Shown here piece after piece: positions 25,310-37,975 of a stretch of 64,000 nucleotides of DNA (within the stretch, counting starts at the first letter, position 1; each line of letters starts with the position of its first letter). This stretch comes from Mobula hypostoma (Eukaryota). The position numbers and the translations under genes are program-made. The stretch lies in the NCBI RefSeq assembly GCF_963921235.1, contig NC_086108.1, forward strand, positions 23,374,001 through 23,438,000, given 5' to 3'. The notes under the pieces are model-generated. The model did no database searches, was not told where the DNA came from, and saw only the letters and a list, made by a program, of their open reading frames with translations.

Positions 25310-27335
25310 AGATAGCCCAGGAAATTATGGACCAGTGAGTCTTACCTCAGTGGTTGGTAAATTGATGGAGAAGATCCTGAGAGGCAGGATTTTTGAACAT
25401 TTGGAGAGGTATAATATGATGAGGAATAGTCAGCATGGCTTTGTCAGGGGCAGGTCGTGCCTTACGAGCCTGATTGAATTTTTAGAGGATGTGCCTAAAC
25501 ACATTGATGAAGGAAGAGCAGTAGATGTAGTGTATATGGATTTCAGCAAGGCATTTGATAAGGTACCCCATGCAAGGCTTATTGAGAAAGTAAGGAGGCA
25601 TGGGATCCAAGGGACATTGCTTTGTGAATCCAGAACTGGCTTGCCCACAGAAGGCAAAGAGTGGTTGTAGACGGGTCATATTCTATATGGAGGTCGGTCA
25701 CCTGTGGAGTGCTTAGTCCTAGTCATAGTCATAGTCATACTTTATTGATCCCAGGGGAAATTGGTTTTCGTTACAGTTGCTCCATAAATAATAACTAGTA
25801 ATAGAACCATAAATAGTTAAATAGTGATATGTAAATTATGCCAGTAAATTATGAAATAAGTCCAGGACCAGCCTATTGGCTCAGGGTATCTGACCCTCCA
25901 AGGGAGGAGTTGTAAAGTTTGATGGCCACAGGCAGGAATGACTTCCTATGACGCTCTGTGTTGCATCTCGGTGGAATGAGTCTCTGGCTGAATGTACTCC
26001 TGTGCCCACCCAGTACATTATGTAGTGGATGGGAGGCATTGACCAATATGGCATGCAACTTGGGCAGCATTCTCTTTTCAGACACCACCGTGAGAGAGTC
26101 CAGTTCCATCCCCACAACATCACTGGCCTTACGAATGAGTTTGTTGATCCTGTTGGTGTCTGCTACCCTCAGCCTGCTGCCCCAGCACACAACAGCAAAC
26201 ATGATAGCATTGGCCACCACAGACTCGTAGAATATCCTCAGCATTGTCTGACAGATGTTAAAGGACCTCAGTCTCCTCAGGAAATAGAGATGGCTCTGTC
26301 CCTTCTTGTAGACAGCTTCAGTGTTCTTTGACCAGTCCAGTGTATTGTCAGGGATCTGTTCTGGGACCCTTATTCTTCGTGATATTTATAAATGACCTGG
26401 ATGAGGAAGTGGAGGGATGGGTTAGTAAGTTTGCTGATGACACAAAGGTTGGAGGTCTTGTGGATAGTGTAGAGGGCTGTCAGAGGTTACAGCGGGACAT
26501 TGGTAGGATGCAAAACTGGGCTGAGAAGTGGCAGATGGAGTTCAACCCAGATAAGTGTGAAGTGGTTCATTTTGGTAGGTCAAATATGATAGCAGAATAT
26601 AGTATTAATGGTAAAACTGTTGGCAGTGTGGAGGATCAGAGGGATCTTGAGGTCCGAGTCCATAGGACGCTCAAAGCAGCTGCACAGGTTGACTCTAGTT
26701 AGGAAGGCATACGATGTGTTGTCCTTCATCAATCGTGGAATTGAACTTAGGAGCTGAGAGTTAATGTTGCAGCTATCTAGGACCCTGGTCAGACCCCACT
26801 TGGAGTACTGTGCTCAGTTCTGGTCGCCTCACTACAGGAAGGATGTGGAAGCCATAGAAAGGGTGCAGAGGAGATTTACAAGGATGTTTCCTGGATTGAG
26901 GAGCATGCCTTATGAGAATAGGTTGAGTGAACTCGGCCTTTTCTCCTTGGAGCAACAGAGGATGAGAGGTGATCTGGTAGAGGTATATAAGGCAATGAGA
27001 GGCATTGATTGTATGGATAGTCAGAGGCTTTTCCCCAGGGCTGAAATGGTTGCCACAAGAGGACACAGGTTTAAGGTGCTGGAGAGCAGGTACAGAGGAG
27101 GTGTCAGGGGTAGGTTTTTTTGCTCAGAGTGGTAAGTATGTGGAACTGGCTGCCGGCAACGGTGGTGGAGGCAGATACGATAGGATCTTTTAAGAGACTT
27201 TTGGATAGGTACATGAAGCTTAGAAAAATAGAGGGCTATGGGGAAGTCTAGTAATTTCTAGGGTATGGACATGTTCGGCACAACTTTGTGGGCCAAAGGG
27301 CCTGTATTGTGCTGTAGGTTTTCTATGTTTTTATG
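25310..27335 (+). mobile_element. 5'-truncated CR1 LINE (RT and 3' UTR) split by a Rex1-like insertion
   Basis: VSLTSVVGK, SQHGFVRGRSCLT, YMDFSKAFDKVPH, QGSVLGP, KFADDTK, RPHLEYCAQFWSP, then a ttctatgtt tail. Confidence 0.93.
25714..26347 (-). mobile_element. Rex1/Babar-like LINE 3' end with (CTATGA)n tail
   Basis: MLRIFYESVVANAIMFAVVCWG...HPLH...CNTERHRKSFLPVAIKLYN. Inserted in the CR1 GVP|QGS motif. Confidence 0.85.
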
Positions 27336-30300
27336 TTCCTATTCCTTTTGTATGCCACCTACTAGATGTGAACACACTCCATTTTGAAATGACAACAAGA
27401 AGCAGCTACTCTTTTGTGTAATTTAAAATAAATGTGTTTGGTGTTGCTTGAAGTCAATTTAAACATTTACCTCGCCCCGCTTTCTTAAATTGATTACAGA
27501 TTGTGTGGTATTGGCTATTGTGATTGTATCCTGCCAACCCCCTTATGTATGGCAAAGAGGTAGTAAATTTGAACAGAAGGTTTACTGGAGTAGACTAATG
27601 CAACAGTTTTGGCCAGGGGGAGACAACTGATCTGTACATTCTACCTTATACACTTTGAAATTGCACTGGTTCTATGAAAGATACAACATCTTTCTTTCTG
27701 CTTGCGTGGCTCTGACATTTGAGTTTTTCTGATTGTGTCTGGCTATTTATCCAGTTGTATGCCAGTTGTAAGAGAAAAGATACAGTTGTTCTTCTAGCCC
27801 TTATACCCCAATAAAATTTGGAAGGGACCATTTTATCTTTGGCTTTATTTATATTGCCTTTCAAGGAAGGGTGCTTCCATTCCTTTTTGAACAAGGTCAA
27901 AGTGATTTTGATGGTGCGTGCAATTGTTTGGTAATGCACTTGGATTTTTTTTATAGTTTTGAAGCACTGTTGTTCCTTTGGACAACTTTCACTGGATCAG
28001 TCCTACCAAAGGCAATGTTGAAATCTTCAATGTTTTCTTTGTCAAAAACATTGAGTTGTCTGTAGATAATCACAAATGCTGGGCTCAGACTGGCTATATC
28101 CAATTTAAGAATGACATGAATGTTATAGTTGATTTTAATCAATACCACATATCTTAAATTTAAATTGTATGATAATTGGCTGTCTTGGTATAAGTAAATT
28201 AAAAGGAGTGCTTGGAAAAGCTTACAGTTAGATATCTTAGTAATTTTAGTTGTTTTTAAAAACTGTTTCTTACCTCATTGAAAAATTGTGCAAAATCTGT
28301 GCTTTTCATCGCTTGCTAATTTACAGCTGAATGTTAATTCTATACGTACTTATGTAACTACTACATCTGTAAAGAATGCTAAAACGCTGACTGTCTTTCA
28401 AGGATTTTCTGTTTTTATTGAAAGATTGCTGCTGTTTCATTCTGCATGGCAATGTGAGCTTTACTTATTTATTTGACTGTAGACATTTCTGCCAAGGCGC
28501 CTCAGAATGTAATGGCAAGTTACCATCTGGAACTGCTGCAGCACTTCATAAGAAGATATTCTGAAGTACTGCTGGCAAGGTTATTCCTGGATTTAGATCC
28601 AACAATGACATGGCAATGGTGATATATTTTCATTTCAGGATGGCAGGGAACCTGCATGTTGTGGTATTCCCATTTTACTGACGACCTTCTTCTTCTTCTT
28701 CTTTGTTTTTATGGCACAGAGTATAACTGGGGGAATTTTTCGCAATGGTGGGTTGACACCAATTACTGTACTGGCTTGATATGGAGTATGTTTGGAATGT
28801 TATCTGATCCTCTCTGTATCCAGTGTTCTCAGCCATTTCAAGATATCACCTGGAGTGAATTAGTTTGGTTTGCAGATTGGCTTCGGTGACGGTGGGGATC
28901 TTAAGAGGAAGATAAGGTGGTTGCAAATACTTCAGCCCCCTTTTGAACACTCACATGAGAATGCCCTCTATATCATTGACTCTGACAATGTACTTGGAGC
29001 CTTCTCGATGTGGGAAGATCACAAGCTGGATTTGATGAGTTGTATGATAGTTTAGTTTTATCCATTGCATTCTCATTTTGTTTGTTAGCATGTATGTAGT
29101 TCTGTTCTGCAGTTTAATAAGGTTGACACCGATATAACCATACTGTTCCCAGCATGCCTTTCTGTGCTTCATATTGACCTTGATTAATTTCCTGGCTTGA
29201 TAGTTACAGTAGAGTGAGTGGAGTGTCAGACAATGTCATTGTGTATATTTCTGTTGCTGCAGATGGTCCACAGCACTTGAATGGATGCTTGGTTTGAGTT
29301 GTTGTGAGCATGTTATATGGTGTCACATGATGGAGAGTGTCTTTGTTGTGAACATGGGGTATTGTCTTCACAAGAACTGCGTCATTTTCTCACCGCTATT
29401 ATGAATGAATACACCTGCCACAAATAGAGTAGGGGAGTCTCGTTTCTGCAATACCTGTATACCGAGCTGTGTCCACAACTGTTCACGGTTACTTGCTGTC
29501 ACGGGCAGAGCAGAAGCTGCAATGCATCTGAGTAGGATGGTTTTTGTGGTGAGGGTCAGTGGGGACATTCACATTTCTTCAGCCTCCTGAGGAAGTAGAG
29601 TTTCTGGTAAGCTTTCACCAGCTAATTAGCTGCTGGTAAGCTGGTGAGGAATCCAACAATGTCTCAGTTTTAAATGTCTTAATCTAACTTTTAGCCTTCT
29701 CAAAAGCTTTGAAAGTTTCTCACTCTCTAAACTTCTGCAAGTACAGTACAGTGATCTCCATGTTCTCGCAGTTTTGTGTAGAAAGTACCCACTTCCCTCA
29801 TGTATATTTTGATTTCTGCTGCTTTGGATCTTGGCATTTGAATTTCTGCTTTTAACCTCTCTAGCTCTCTCTCCTCATTTCAAAAGCCTCTCTAATCCTA
29901 CTCAACCAAATTTTCTTCTTAAACTGCTCCTGGTCACATTTCGCATTCTTACTCTTAACAGACACTGCTACTTATCAAAACCCATAACATATTTGAACAC
30001 TTCAACCAAAACTTCTTATTGTACTCTGCTTAAGGGTGAATAATCCCAGATTCTTCTGTCTCAGTACCTGAATGAAGCCAAGAATAGTCTGCAAGTACAC
30101 TAACAGCCAGCTTCTGAATACAAATAGCTCTGCCCTCAGTTATGATCTCACTTTTGTCCGCCTTCGCCTGCACCCGCCACGATGGCAGCCTCCTCTTCCA
30201 TCGCCTTGTCTCCAAGCCCAATTCTTTGGCAAGGATTCCACACCCTGTGCTGATGACCCCTTCTCCTGACTTCAACCTTCCTCCTCTTCTTGGACACTCT

Positions 30301-30659
30301 GCTCTGGATCTTTTCATCTCGAATTGCCATCTCAACTTCAGTATTCCTCTCTCCTCCTCCAATTTTATCACCTCAGAATGCACTGTCCTCTACTCTCTCC
30401 GCACCAATCAGAACCTTGCAGACAAAGTGTGTGCTGTTATCGTGTGGCCCACTGATATCTACCTTGCTAACACCAGGCAGCAATTCCCAGACACCTCCTC
30501 ATACCTACCTCTTTCTGGTCCGTCAGAAAACTGTCTCTGACATCATTACTGACCTCATCCAGTTTAGAGATCCTCCCATCCACTGCCACCAAACTCATAG
30601 TTGCCTTACCCAGACTACTCGCTTCTGCCTCCTGGCCAAGATCCACAAGCCAGACTTTC

Positions 30660-31170
30660 CAGAGTTTTGGGACCCATATCTCAGAAAGGATGTGCTGTCA
30701 TTGGAGAGAGTCCATAGGAGGCTCACGAGGATAATTCTGGGCCTTAAGGGGTTAACATATGAGGAGCGTTTGGGCCTGTACACACTGGAGTCTAGAAGGA
30801 TGTGTGGGAATCTCATTGAAACCTACCGAATGCTGAACAAACTAGATAGGGTGGATGTGGAGAGGATGTTTCCTGTGGTGGGGGTATCCAGAACTACAGG
30901 GTCAAAATTGAGGGCTGACTTTTAAGAATAGAGTTAAGGAGGAATTTTTTTAGCCAGAGAGTAGTGAATCTCTGGAATGCTGTGCCACAGACTGCAGTGG
31001 AGGCCAAGTCTGTGAGCATATTTAAAGCGGAAGCTGATAGTTTCCTGATTGGTCAGGGCATGTGGTGAGAAGGCAGGTGTTAGGAGTTGAGTGGTTTCCG
31101 GGATCAGCCATGGTGGAATGGCAGAGCAGACTCGATGGGCTGTATGGCCTAATTCTGCTCTTATGACCTT
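30660..31170 (+). mobile_element. CR1 3' end inserted in the Penelope element
   Basis: FWDPYLRKDVLSLERVHRRLTR...LGLYTLE followed by a CR1 3' UTR. Confidence 0.85.
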
Positions 31171-32948
31171 ATGATCTTATGGTGAAGAAGAGGCCATCAG
31201 GGCCAAAGAATTGAAAGTTATTGAGGAGATCGAGAGCATGAAAAGTGTCACGGATGTAAATAGGAAGGGTCTGACCAAGGGGATAGAATGGAATTGAGAT
31301 ACGAGGACATGAGTTCAGTGGGGGAGGAGCAGACCGAAACAATAGGCCTGTCCCTGTTTGGATAATAGTCCACACTGTTGTTCCTTTTACCGAAATACAT
31401 TATCATACCTTTTCCAACTATATTCCATCTGCCACTTTTTTGTCCATTCTTCCAGTTTGGCTGTCCTGCAACAATTGCATTGCTTCCTCAGCACAACCTA
31501 CTCTTCCCCCTGTCTTTGTATCATACACTATGGATGTTCAGTCCCTATACACTTCTATCCCCACCAAAGCCTTAAAGCTCTCCGCCTTTTTCTTGACAAA
31601 AGAATCAACCAATTCCTCTCCGCCACAACCCACCTCCGTCTGTCAGAAATGGTCCTCACCCTGAACAAGTTTTCCTTCGGCTCCACCCACTGGCTCCAAA
31701 CTCGAAGGATAGCCATGGGCAGCGTATGGGGCCCAGCTATGGCTGCCTCTTTGTTGCCTATGTAGAACAGTCCATGTTTCAAGCCTTTCCCAATAATACT
31801 CCCCAGTTCTTCCTCCGCTACATTGATGACTGCACTAGCGCTGCTTTATGCACCCATGCTGAGCTGGTCAATTTAATCAACTTTGCCTCTAACTTCCACC
31901 TTGCCTTTAAATTCACTTGGTTCATCTCTGACTCCTCCCTCCTCTTTCTCGATCTCTCTGTCTTCATCTCTAGAGATAAGCTGTCAACTGACATCTTTTA
32001 CAAACCTACTGGTTCCCATAGTTATCTCGGCTATACTTCTTCCCACCCTATCCCCTGTAAGAATGCTACTCCCTTTTCTCAGTTTCTTCACCTCCACCAT
32101 ATCTGTTCCCAGGATGTGCCTTTCTGCTCCAGGACATCAGATATGTCCTCCTCCTTTAAAGAACGAGGTTCCCTCCCTCCACAGGTGATGCTGCTCTCAC
32201 CCGCCTCTCCTCCATTTCCCAAACATCCACGCTCACCCCATTTCCCGCCACCTTAACAGTGATAATAATCCCTCTTTTCCTTACCTACCACCCCATCAGC
32301 CTCTATATCCAACATATTATCTTCTGCAATTTCTGCCATCTGCAAAGGGATCTTGCCACAAAACATACCTTTATCTTCCCCCCCGCCAGCTTTCCCACTA
32401 ATTGCACTCTCCACAATTCCCTTATTCATTTGTCCTTCCCTAATAATCTCCCTCCCAGCACTTATCCCTGCAAACAGCCTAAGTGCTACATCTGCCCACA
32501 TACCTCCTCCCTCACCTCTGTTCAATTGGGGAACCGCTTCATCAAGCCCCTCCGCTCCATGCGCCATGTGCAGGACTTCCGTTGGTGAAACATGTGCCAA
32601 GATTAGGCCTCGCTCAGGATGAAGGAGCATCACCTTGTATTCCATCTGGGTAGCCTCCAACCTGATTGCATGAATATCAATTTTTCCTTCTGGTAAACAA
32701 ATTTTCTGCCACCCCTTCCTCTATTCCCCACTCAGACCTTTTACCTCTTCTCACCTGTTTATTACTTCCTCCTGCTCCCCTGGTTCTCTCCTCCTTCCTT
32801 TTCTCCTATGGCCCAGTGTCCTCTCTATAAGATTCCATCTTCTCCAACCCTTGACCTTTCCCAACCATCTGGCTTCACCTATCACATTCCAGCTAGCCTA
32901 CTTCCCCTCACGCCCCCTTTTTAGTTTGGCATTTTCCCCTTCTTTCTC

Positions 32949-32984
32949 AGTCCTGAAGAAAGGTCTCGGCCTGAAAAGTTGACT
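32949..32984 (+). ncRNA. Minimal type I hammerhead ribozyme, degenerate copy
   Basis: AGTC-CTGAAGA-A-AGGTCTCGGCCT-GAAA-A-GTT-GACT. The stem III palindrome is broken (AAGT instead of ACGT). Confidence 0.6.
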
Positions 32985-35900
32985 CTGTATTCATTTCCAT
33001 AGATGTTGCCTAACAGTGATGGTGTGAGTTTAGGAACTCTTATATTGTGTGCTTGTGATGCCATTTGTGCTTGCTATCTTGTGTGTGCTTTGTGCTGTGT
33101 ATGACTGTTGGCACTGTGCTTTTCACCTTGACCCTGGAGTAACACTGTTTCATTTGGCTGTATTCATGAGTATTAATGATTGAATGCCAATTAAACTTGA
33201 ATTGAATTAACCTGCTGAGTTCCTCCAACATTTTGTGTGTGTTGCTTTGGATCTCCTGCATCTGCAGACTTTCTCGTGTTTATAGTGAAAGAAGGGTTAA
33301 TTAATTTTTGTTGCCTTTAGTGCAGTCTTGGTTAACTGCTCATCGTTTAGACAGTGCAAATATGTTGTAATTAGATCAGTCCATGCATGAATAGACCTCA
33401 CCTTCCTCTCTCTTAATCTGTCAGGCTGCAAAAAGATGTGGTTAAAAGTGGAACAGTGGAAAGTCCTTCCACTTTCAGGCATGAAGATTGTTTATGTAAT
33501 GTGCGGCACATTTGATTAGTAATAATTTATGCTGTCATTTCGCTTGTTATTAGGACTACTTTGGATTTGTATGAATGTTCCATTGCAAATTTATGCGCAC
33601 TTTAACTGGCAGCAGAATGACTGCAAAAGTTTAAGTTTAAAAATCAGTTCCAGCTCCCTGAAGGTTCACTTGGCAGGTGGACTGGCTGGTGTGCAACTGT
33701 GTCATGCTGACCAGCAAAGACCCAAGTTCAACTCCTGGCGGTTCCTGACATGAATGACGGTGCTATGGGGAAATAAATAAAATACACTTGTTTGGAAATT
33801 TGTATATCCCTAATGTCTTTCAGCCAACAAACTACTTTGGAAATGTAACCGCTATTATAATACAGGGAAGCATCACAAATATTTCGTTCATCTCAGGATG
33901 CCAGGTGTAGCAAAGAAATTGGATGTAATACTGGGAGAAAGTTCCTGCTTATTGAATAATTCTGTGGCTTCTTTTTCATCATATGGGTGGTGAAATGGGA
34001 CCTGGGTTTAATACTTCATTGGAAAGGCATTATCAAAGTACAGAGGGTTTTATGTGGTACATTCATATTATGTGGAAGTTGTAGACAATGGCAGTATTTA
34101 ATGGTTATTGCTAATTGCTCCTGAAGTGAGGAGCCAGTGGTGTGTCATCACCTATTTTTTATGTCAAGCATAACCTATGACTTTCTGATTTCCGAGCAAG
34201 GATCGCACCATTGAGCTAAGCCAAACAAAGAATTCAATTGGGTTAACCCTCCTGATAACGAAAAGAGAAAATAATCATCTGAGATTTCTGATACTCACCA
34301 CTGTTTCTGGAGCTGGCGCCTAGATGGAAATTGGCCTCGGATATCCAAGATCAGTCTATTTGTAAGGCCTCGGCTTAACAGTTGCATATGATGTTACCTC
34401 AAGAGCAATCCACCCCTGAGCAAAGCACTGGATAGGATCCACTGTTTCTGGCATTTCATATCATAGCAGAGCAGAAAATTGGAGGGAGTTGTTTTAAAAT
34501 AAAGTCCATTCCTGCAATTTTTATGCACTTAAGTTGTGAATTCTATTAATCAATTCTCACTTGCAATGGGGGTTGGGGGGTCTATATAAACACAAGCAAT
34601 CCTAGAGGGAAACATCAACAACTGTGCACTGAGGATGTCACCTCAACTGGTGATGCAAGCTAATTGCCAAGCTCAGTGAACACCACAACATCAAACTGTG
34701 AAAGACGTTTGGAGTTTTTGGATCAGATTAGAGGAGTAGACACTCATTTCATTGTACAGACATAATTGAGCATCACCTTATGTGATGTCTGTTCCATTTT
34801 CGACTAATGTTGTTAAAGACTCAACTTCAAGAACGGTCCTGTGCAATGTATTCAGTTTTTCTCCTCGCAGAGTATCTTACTTGCATTAGTTATGGTTATA
34901 TTAGATTAGATGTCAAATTGAGTTCTGCAGATTTTCACACTTGTTTTTGCCATCCAGCTGTGTGGAGGTACAGGAGTGAGAAGGACAAGTTTTGCATATA
35001 CTTTCCATTGTCTGGATGGAGAAAAGCAGTGGCTTTTTATGTTCTTTTGTCCATGTCATTACTGTCATTCATTAGTTTTTCAAAAGTTAGAAATATTTTA
35101 ACCTCTTTCCCACTGTCAATGATTAGAGACACTTTAGAGATATTTCTGTCGACCTGATTCCACATTTAGGCCAACCTCCAACAGCACATACGCCATGCTG
35201 CACTGTCTCTGGCGTGTATTCACCTGGACTGCAACAGCATGCAAGCCCGTAGCTTGAGGCCTAGTCCTTGCCACAGTTGATGCTTCGCAGCTGTCTCATC
35301 ACTTGTCTCGCCACCAAACAAGGGAAACAGGCCTGTAGAAGCTTATATTATCCATGTCCAATAGGGTCTTGCGATTACAAGGGAAATGTCTGAGATAGTC
35401 ACCCATAGTTACGCTGCACATCACCTTCATGCACCAACTCCAATGCCTTCGAGTAGCAGGCAGCAACATGGTCTGCTCCCAGGTCAGCCTCTCCAAATCC
35501 AATCGGGTCCTCGGTCATGCCGGCCGGCTCCTTCACTGACAAGCTGGCCTGCTCCTTCAACACCTCAGCTGGCTCCTTTGACACCCTAGCCAGCATTGCT
35601 GACATCCAGTGCAGCTGCTCTGATCAATAAACAGCTTAGTGATGTAGATCTTCAGTACCTGAAGTTCGTGGAGTCCAGAATTGTCTTTCAATTGTAATGA
35701 AACACATTTAACAAAGAAAAAGCTCCTTTGCACCCCCAGCGGCTGCTGCGTCTGAATACGCTGTCATCCTTCTGGAAATTTAAAACTCATCTGAAAGCAA
35801 ACACGTGAATAAAGAACATAGGAGAATCAGAAAATAAGGTGGGCTGGGAAATGGAAGTGTGAACAGAGAATTTGGGTTCTACTTTATTGCATACCCCAAA

Positions 35901-36118
35901 AATAATTCAACACTGCGACAGATAACGGATCTTGTGGGAGGAAACACTTAATTATCAATAAGTTAGTAATGGATAGCTTGAAATATATACTTAATTTTGT
36001 ATAATTTTTTTTGAAAAAAACTTTCTTTTATTCAGGATGAAGAAGATAAAAATAGTACTGTTTATTTCTTCCAGTCAGGTGTCTTTTCCTCTAATATATT
36101 TATCTCGTTTAATTTTAG

Positions 36119-36332
36119 GTACTTATGAATTGAGTTGCAAGAGGAATCCATTAATCATAAATGTGACTTCCAACACAGACCTCACCTTCTATAAGACAGC
36201 ATCAGTTCTGCTGAATATGTCCTCACCACTTGTGGCTATTTCTGGGGTGGCCCTGCGTACCTACAATCATTTCAATTTTGCTATTACATCCAATTGTCGA
36301 GAACGAGAAGGATGCAAGGACCACAAACAAAG
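36119..36332 (+). CDS. PAPPA2: Pappalysin-2-like internal exon 5 of 7
   Basis: aattttag|GT...AG|gtatga. (G)TYELSCKRNPLIINVTSNTDLTFYKTASVLLNMSSPLVAISGVALRTYNHFNFAITSNCREREGCKDHKQ(S). 214 bp, phase 1 to 2. Confidence 0.95.
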
Positions 36333-37247
36333 GTATGAGGTTTATACATTAAGGTGTGAGGCTTAAGTTCTTATTTAATGCAAGACAGGACGATGACTTG
36401 GTGGACAACATAATACTTGAGTTACCTTATGACAGCATCAGAAATTTCTGGGTCAACTGAAGCAGTGGTTGGATGCAAGATAAATCATTTTCTGTGGCCC
36501 ATTTGCAGTAAGGTTCTCTCTAGATATTTAATAATATTTTTATTTTAACAGTAGTCAACAAGTAGTATTTTTCTGCAGTATTAGCACTTTCTATGAACTG
36601 GATTGAGTCTGTTCATTTGTTAGCTGTATTTTAGATAGAAGAGACATTACACAAATCAGGTTGGATGGCCATTATCCACAGAACAAAGGGCAATGCCTAA
36701 TGCATAATATCATCCAGAATTGCAAACTCACTAGTTTTGAAGAGATGACATAAAGCTTATTGCTACCTTCTTTTCTTCAGGTGGTATCTTCAAGCAATGC
36801 AGTCTATCAGAAATAATTTGCTTTTGAATCTGGTAATATAGAACCCAATACATAGTTGGACTTGGTGTAGCAGCAACACATTGTATGCATTCAACCATAT
36901 GATTTCAAATGCCTGCACAATGCTTATTTACTTTGCTTCCACTAACCTTTCACTCCAATAAATCAACTTTCCTTTTGTCTCTAAAACATTGTCCTCATTT
37001 ATTAAGTGAACCCAATGAAACAATTCACCCTGTTATTTCTCAGCTTGTATTTTAAATCAATGAATAAACTGCTGGAGGACCACAGTAGTCAAGCAGCATC
37101 TCCTAAACATTGACTAGTCCTTTCCTCCTACAAACACTGCTGAGTCACTGAGTTCGTGCAGCAGATTATTTGTTGCTCTAGATTCCGGCCTCCTGTGTCT
37201 CTGTTGTGTTTTAGATCAACTTGTTACACCCGTTCTCTTCTTTATAG

Positions 37248-37413
37248 CTGTGCTTCATGTTCTTGTGATCAAGACTGGTGTGAAACTTTATCAGTACCTC
37301 ATGCAACTGTGAACTGCGCTGTGGATGGCAGTGAGCAAATGGAATGTCACGTGACCTGTGCGAGAGGATTATCATTGAAGTCTGTGTGTGGCAAATACCT
37401 TAGCCCTCTACAG
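37248..37413 (+). CDS. PAPPA2: Pappalysin-2-like internal exon 6 of 7 (start of CCP1/sushi)
   Basis: ctttatag|C...CAG|gtaaga. CASCSCDQDWCETLSVPHATVNCAVDGSEQMECHVTCARGLSLKSVCGKYLSPLQ. 166 bp, phase 2 to 0. Confidence 0.9.
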
Positions 37414-37479
37414 GTAAGACCATAAGATATAGTAGCCAAATTGATTAATTCATCCCATTCCCTTTCACTACTTTGATGT

Positions 37480-37975
37480 AGTACAAGGGAAAATCAGTAA
37501 CAGAGTGCAGAATATAGTAGTTTAGTTACAGAAAAAGGGCAGAGAACGTAGGCAATAAGGTGTAAGGGACATGACAAGGTGAATTGTGAGGTCAAGATTT
37601 CATCTTTAATGTACAAGAAGTTTGTTCAAGAGTCTTCTGTCCCATTCAAGAACATGGTAGAAGCAGTTCTTGAGTTCTTTGTATTTTCTGCTGATGGAAA
37701 AGGGTTAAAATGAGAATGTCTGTGGTGGGAGGTTTGTTGATTACGTTGGCTGCTTTTTCTGAGGCAGGGTAGCCTGAAGCAACGGCTAAGTCCATAGATG
37801 GGAGGTCCTTTTTTGTGATCAATTGAGCTGTGTCCAAACTGTCTTCAATTTCTCATGATCCTGGAAGTTAAGATGCATTCAGATAGGATGCTTTTCATGG
37901 TGCATCTATAAAAATTGGTGAAGTTTAATGGGGGCATTCCAAACTTCCTTAGCCTTCTGAGGGCATTGCATTGAC
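37480..37975 (-). mobile_element. Degenerate Rex1/Babar-like fragment
   Basis: DTAQLITKKDLPSMD...EKAANVINKP on the minus strand. Confidence 0.55.

Larger units (their letters stand above)
30090..33281 (+). mobile_element. Long rearranged Penelope-like element (RT, GIY-YIG remnant, hammerhead tail)
   Basis: LAKIHKPD, TMDVQSLYTSIP, MGPSYGCLFV, FLRYIDD (RT catalytic motif), TDIFYKPT. Interrupted by CR1 pieces and a LINE tail at about 33015-33206. Confidence 0.88.

Noticed and set aside
30290..30925. 211-aa ORF as a novel fusion protein
   Set aside because: It is chance read-through across the Penelope/CR1 junction, and much of it is out of the native frame.
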